DNA of 64,000 bases from an uncultured Nitrososphaerota archaeon (GTDB taxonomy: Archaea; Thermoproteota; Nitrososphaeria; Nitrososphaerales; Gagatemarchaeaceae): NCBI GenBank assembly GCA_963703285.1, contig OY969807.1:2176001-2240000 (forward strand). Direction: 5' to 3'. Below the pieces are notes generated by a model that worked only from the letters and a program-made list of their open reading frames with translations, had not been told where the DNA came from and made no database searches. This document shows, piece after piece, positions 60,989 to 64,000 of the stretch; position 1 is the stretch's first letter; each line of letters begins with the position of its first letter. A program made the position numbers and the translations under genes.

Positions 60989-61137
60989 TTGACCGCCCGC
61001 AATCTTCGTGATAATGAACGCTTCGGAGCAAGGGTCCTCGGGCGAGCCGGCGGAACGCACACTTTCAACCATCCCTCCTAGGCCCACCCGGGGCAAGAGG
61101 GGCTACCGCTATAGGCCGGACTGACCGAGTCCCGGGT

Positions 61138-62443
61138 GTGACGCGGGTCGTTGTCGCCGGCGGTGGCCCCCGCCGGGGTCGCGGCGGCGCTGGCGGCCAG
61201 CAGCATGGGCGCTCGAGTGACGCTGGCCGAAGCGTCCGGCCGCATATCCCCTGACCGGAGCCTGCTGCCGGGGCTCCTCTCAGGCTCGACGCCACCTGAC
61301 GAGCTATACGACACCACCCTCGACTACCTGACGGGACTCGGGGTAGACGCGAGGCTCGAAGAACCAGTCCTCTCCGTCGAAGCGGGTGGCAGGTTCGTAC
61401 GGTCGAGAAACGGCAGGATTGACTTCGACTCCCTGGTACTGGCGACAGGTTCCGTCCCGAACCCCGTCGATCTAAGGGGTGTCTCGAAACCGGGGGTCTT
61501 CATCATGAGGTCGGCGGGCGACTACCTGGCACTCTCGGCAGCGCTGCGGCGTTGTGCCCGGGTGGTCCTCGCCGGCCCCCTCCCGTTCTCGCTCGTCCTC
61601 GCCCAGGAGATCGCACGCACCTCAGCCGTCTCCGTCTTCTTGGGCGACATCGCCCCGTCGAGGTTCGCGCGTCGCACCATCGGAGCCATAGCCGAGGCAG
61701 CGTCGTCCCGCGGCGTTAGGCTCCTACAACACCCCATCGAAGCGATTGTCGGAGTCGGACGGGCGGAGGCCGTCGTATCGAGGAGGTCAGTGCATCCCTG
61801 CGATGCTGCCGTCGTGCTACCGTCCTACAGGCCCTTTCTCCCGGAGGTCGATTGCTCCAGGGGGGACCAGGGGGGAGCGATCGTCGACGAGGCGATGCGG
61901 ACGTCGTTCAGGAGCGTCTACGCGGCCGGGGAGTGCGCCGAGGCGAGGTGCGGGTCTGGGTCCCTCCCCACGAGGCTACGATCCTCGTCGCTCGTCATGG
62001 GAGGGGTCGCCGGCACTAACGCTTCAGGGGGGATCGCCAGGGTGTCGGTCTCCAGGTGCATGGCCGTCGAGCTGTTCGGTGTCGAGCTCTGCGCGGCCGG
62101 GATCGACGCTGAAGGTGCCAGGAGGTTGGGACTGGATGCCGAAGAGTTCGAGACCGACCAGGACGAGGGCGGTCTCTTTGTCTCGCTCGCCTACGACAGG
62201 GCCTCCCTCCGGCTCTGCGGCCTGCAGATCGTTGGAAGGGGCGCCACCCTCCTCTCGGAGTTCGTCTCGCTCGCGGTCTCCACGGGGCGCACCCTCGAGG
62301 ACCTCGCCCGCAACGAGTCCCCCCACATCCCGCGGTCCCGCCGGGGCTCCTCTCCAATAGCCTTAACAGCAAGCAGAGCGCTCGCCAGGGCTCGAGGCTA
62401 CACCATTGGCGAATCGCAAGGTACTGATCTGCGACACGGTTGA
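61138..62443 (+). CDS. Divergent FAD-dependent pyridine-nucleotide-disulfide oxidoreductase-like protein (apparent +1 error near 61170)
   Basis: Corrected N-terminus MTRVVVAGGGPAG, LVLATG, VYAAGEC, dimerisation domain. Confidence 0.72.
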
Positions 62444-63326
62444 CGTGGCCTCCCTTGCGCTTCCAGCGGATTTCGAGGTCGACTACGTTCCCGGGATAAC
62501 GCCCGAGGAACTCCTCCAGAGGGTCGCGGAATACGACGTCGTCGTAGTGAGGAGCAGGACGAAGATCGACTCCACAGTAATCGAGAGGGCCGCGAAACTC
62601 AAGCTCATCGCCAGACCGGGGACGGGCCTCGACAACATCGACATCCGCGCCGCCAACGCCAGAGGAATCGAGGTCGTCAACAGCCCAGAGGCCCTCGTGG
62701 AGGCGGTCGCCGAAGATGTGGTCGGATTGATGCTCGCGCTGGCGAGAAAGACCCCGGCGGCCGACGCATCCACCCGATCGGGGCTCTGGGAGAAGGAAAG
62801 GTTCGTCGGGGTCGAGCTCCGGGGGAGGACCATCGGGATAGCGGGGTTGGGAAGGATAGGGAGGCGAGTCGGCGAGATAGCCAAGGTCCTCGGGATGACC
62901 GTCATGGGCTACGACATCATAGAGATCAGCAGGGATGTCCTCTCGTCCATCGGCTGCACCATGGTCGACCTCGACACGCTCTTCGCCTCCTCCGACTTCG
63001 TCACGCTCCACGTGCCCCTGACTCCGGAGACGCGCAACCTCGTCGACTCCCGGCGTCTCGCGCTGATGAAGAAGAGCGCCTTTCTGATCAACGCGTCCCG
63101 CGGGGAGGTCATAGACGAGGCGGCCCTCACCCTGGCGCTAGCCAGCGGCACGATTGCGGGCGCCGCCCTCGATGTTTTCGAGAAGGAGCCCCCCGGCGCC
63201 AAACTCCTGGCCTCGCCCAACCTCATAGCGACGCCCCACATCGCCGGGCAGACGGCGGAGGCTCAGAGGATGGCGATAACCGTTACCGGGTCGAAGATAG
63301 TCCAGTTCTTCCAGCCGAAGAGTTAG
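62406..63326 (+). CDS. D-2-hydroxyacid dehydrogenase (phosphoglycerate dehydrogenase-like)
   Basis: GLDNID, GLGRIG, INASRG, DVFEKEP, TPHIAG. Confidence 0.92.
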   Translation: MANRKVLICDTVDVASLALPADFEVDYVPGITPEELLQRVAEYDVVVVRSRTKIDSTVIERAAKLKLIARPGTGLDNIDIRAANARGIEVVNSPEALVEAVAEDVVGLMLALARKTPAADASTRSGLWEKERFVGVELRGRTIGIAGLGRIGRRVGEIAKVLGMTVMGYDIIEISRDVLSSIGCTMVDLDTLFASSDFVTLHVPLTPETRNLVDSRRLALMKKSAFLINASRGEVIDEAALTLALASGTIAGAALDVFEKEPPGAKLLASPNLIATPHIAGQTAEAQRMAITVTGSKIVQFFQPKS

Positions 63327-63415
63327 GCGTTCGTCTGGCTCCTCGGGCCTATGGCTTGCCGGGCCCCGCCAGAGAAGATTTATCTGCTCCTCCCGAAACG
63401 GGCCACCGTCTTACG

Positions 63416-63868
63416 TTGTACTCTGAGATCGGAAAAACCTGGCAGAGGGTCTTTCACGAGAAGGCGGGAGACATCTCGTCCAGGGCGGTCCTCCTGAGAA
63501 AGGGACCAACCATCGAGAGGCTCGAGAGGCCGTCGAGGCTGGACCGCGCAAGGATGCTCGGTTACAAGGCGAAGGATGGCGTCGTCGTCGTGAGGATAAA
63601 GGTCTCGAGGGGGGGCATGAGGAGGAAGAGGCCGACCTCGGGCCGCAGGCCGAAGCACCTCGGCGTGCTGAGGATGAAGTCGGACGAACCTACTCAGGGG
63701 GTCGCAGAGAGGAGGGTCCGCGAGAAGTTTCCGAACCTGAGGATGCTGGGGTCCTACATATTCTACAAGGACGGGAAGCACGCCTGGTACGAGTGCGTCC
63801 TCATCGACCCGAACAACCCGTCGATATCGAAGGACTACAACTACAGGCGGGCCCTGGGCCTGAACTAG
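63416..63868 (+). CDS. rpl15e: 50S ribosomal protein L15e
   Basis: [30 protein letters not shown]; TTG start. Confidence 0.95.
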   Translation: MYSEIGKTWQRVFHEKAGDISSRAVLLRKGPTIERLERPSRLDRARMLGYKAKDGVVVVRIKVSRGGMRRKRPTSGRRPKHLGVLRMKSDEPTQGVAERRVREKFPNLRMLGSYIFYKDGKHAWYECVLIDPNNPSISKDYNYRRALGLN

Positions 63869-64000
63869 ACCTTCATCTCACTGCTGTGCCCAGGGAAGAT
63901 CCTCGACTTCGGGTCGATGTAGTTCTTTGCGACGTTGACCGCGACAGCAGCCTGCGCGAAGCCAACGGCTATGAGGTTGAGCTTCACTGTACCATCGGGC
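63865..64000 (-). CDS. TrxB-family ferredoxin--NADP reductase-like protein (3' end only)
   Basis: [35 protein letters not shown]. Confidence 0.7.
   Translation of the reverse strand, partial: PDGTVKLNLIAVGFAQAAVAVNVAKNYIDPKSRIFPGHSSEMKV

Noticed and set aside
61005-61135. Possible structured RNA in the ychF/oxidoreductase spacer
   Set aside because: Only a GC-rich stem (CACCCGG/CCGGGTG) and scattered box-like words with wrong spacing; insufficient support.
2555-61175. Frameshifts in hel308, mcm (x2), gins, carA, lysZ, psmB, egsA and the FAD oxidoreductase as programmed frameshifts, introns or pseudogenes
   Set aside because: Each is fixed by a single base, several lie in homopolymers, none has a BHB fold or common slippery site, and most hit essential genes. 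Sequencing or assembly error is the simplest explanation.
1-64000. tRNA, rRNA, CRISPR arrays, IS elements, defence islands
   Set aside because: No cloverleaf, repeat-spacer array, transposase or integrase was recognised by eye; intergenic gaps are short.

Overview
GC-rich archaeal chromosomal window, densely packed with housekeeping genes. Gene content and order suggest a Thermoproteota/Nitrososphaeria-like, probably heterotrophic lineage (inference). It contains a gins-mcm-hel308 replication cluster, rfcS, hisS, carAB, and a complete LysW-dependent arginine/lysine biosynthesis cluster (argG-argH-lysW-argX-lysY-lysZ-lysJ-lrp-lysX-lysK). It also has archease-rtcB, rtcA, fttA/aCPSF1 with proteasome beta subunits, a beta-oxidation-type acyl-CoA cluster, KEOPS genes, serS and ribosomal proteins. 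The most striking signal is a 21-nt, stop-containing insertion inside the conserved GE|FDYSG motif of carB. It folds into a bulge-helix-(relaxed bulge) splicing motif, and removal at the canonical cut positions restores the protein exactly. This is a candidate archaeal endonuclease-type intron in a metabolic mRNA. Also present are a 523-aa Ser-starting MCM intein with LAGLIDADG and XRE-HTH domains, an AT-rich codon tract at the empty RtcB intein site, a candidate C/D-box sRNA, and pervasive TTG/GTG/CTG starts. About nine single-base frameshifts, mostly in essential genes, look like sequencing or assembly errors.
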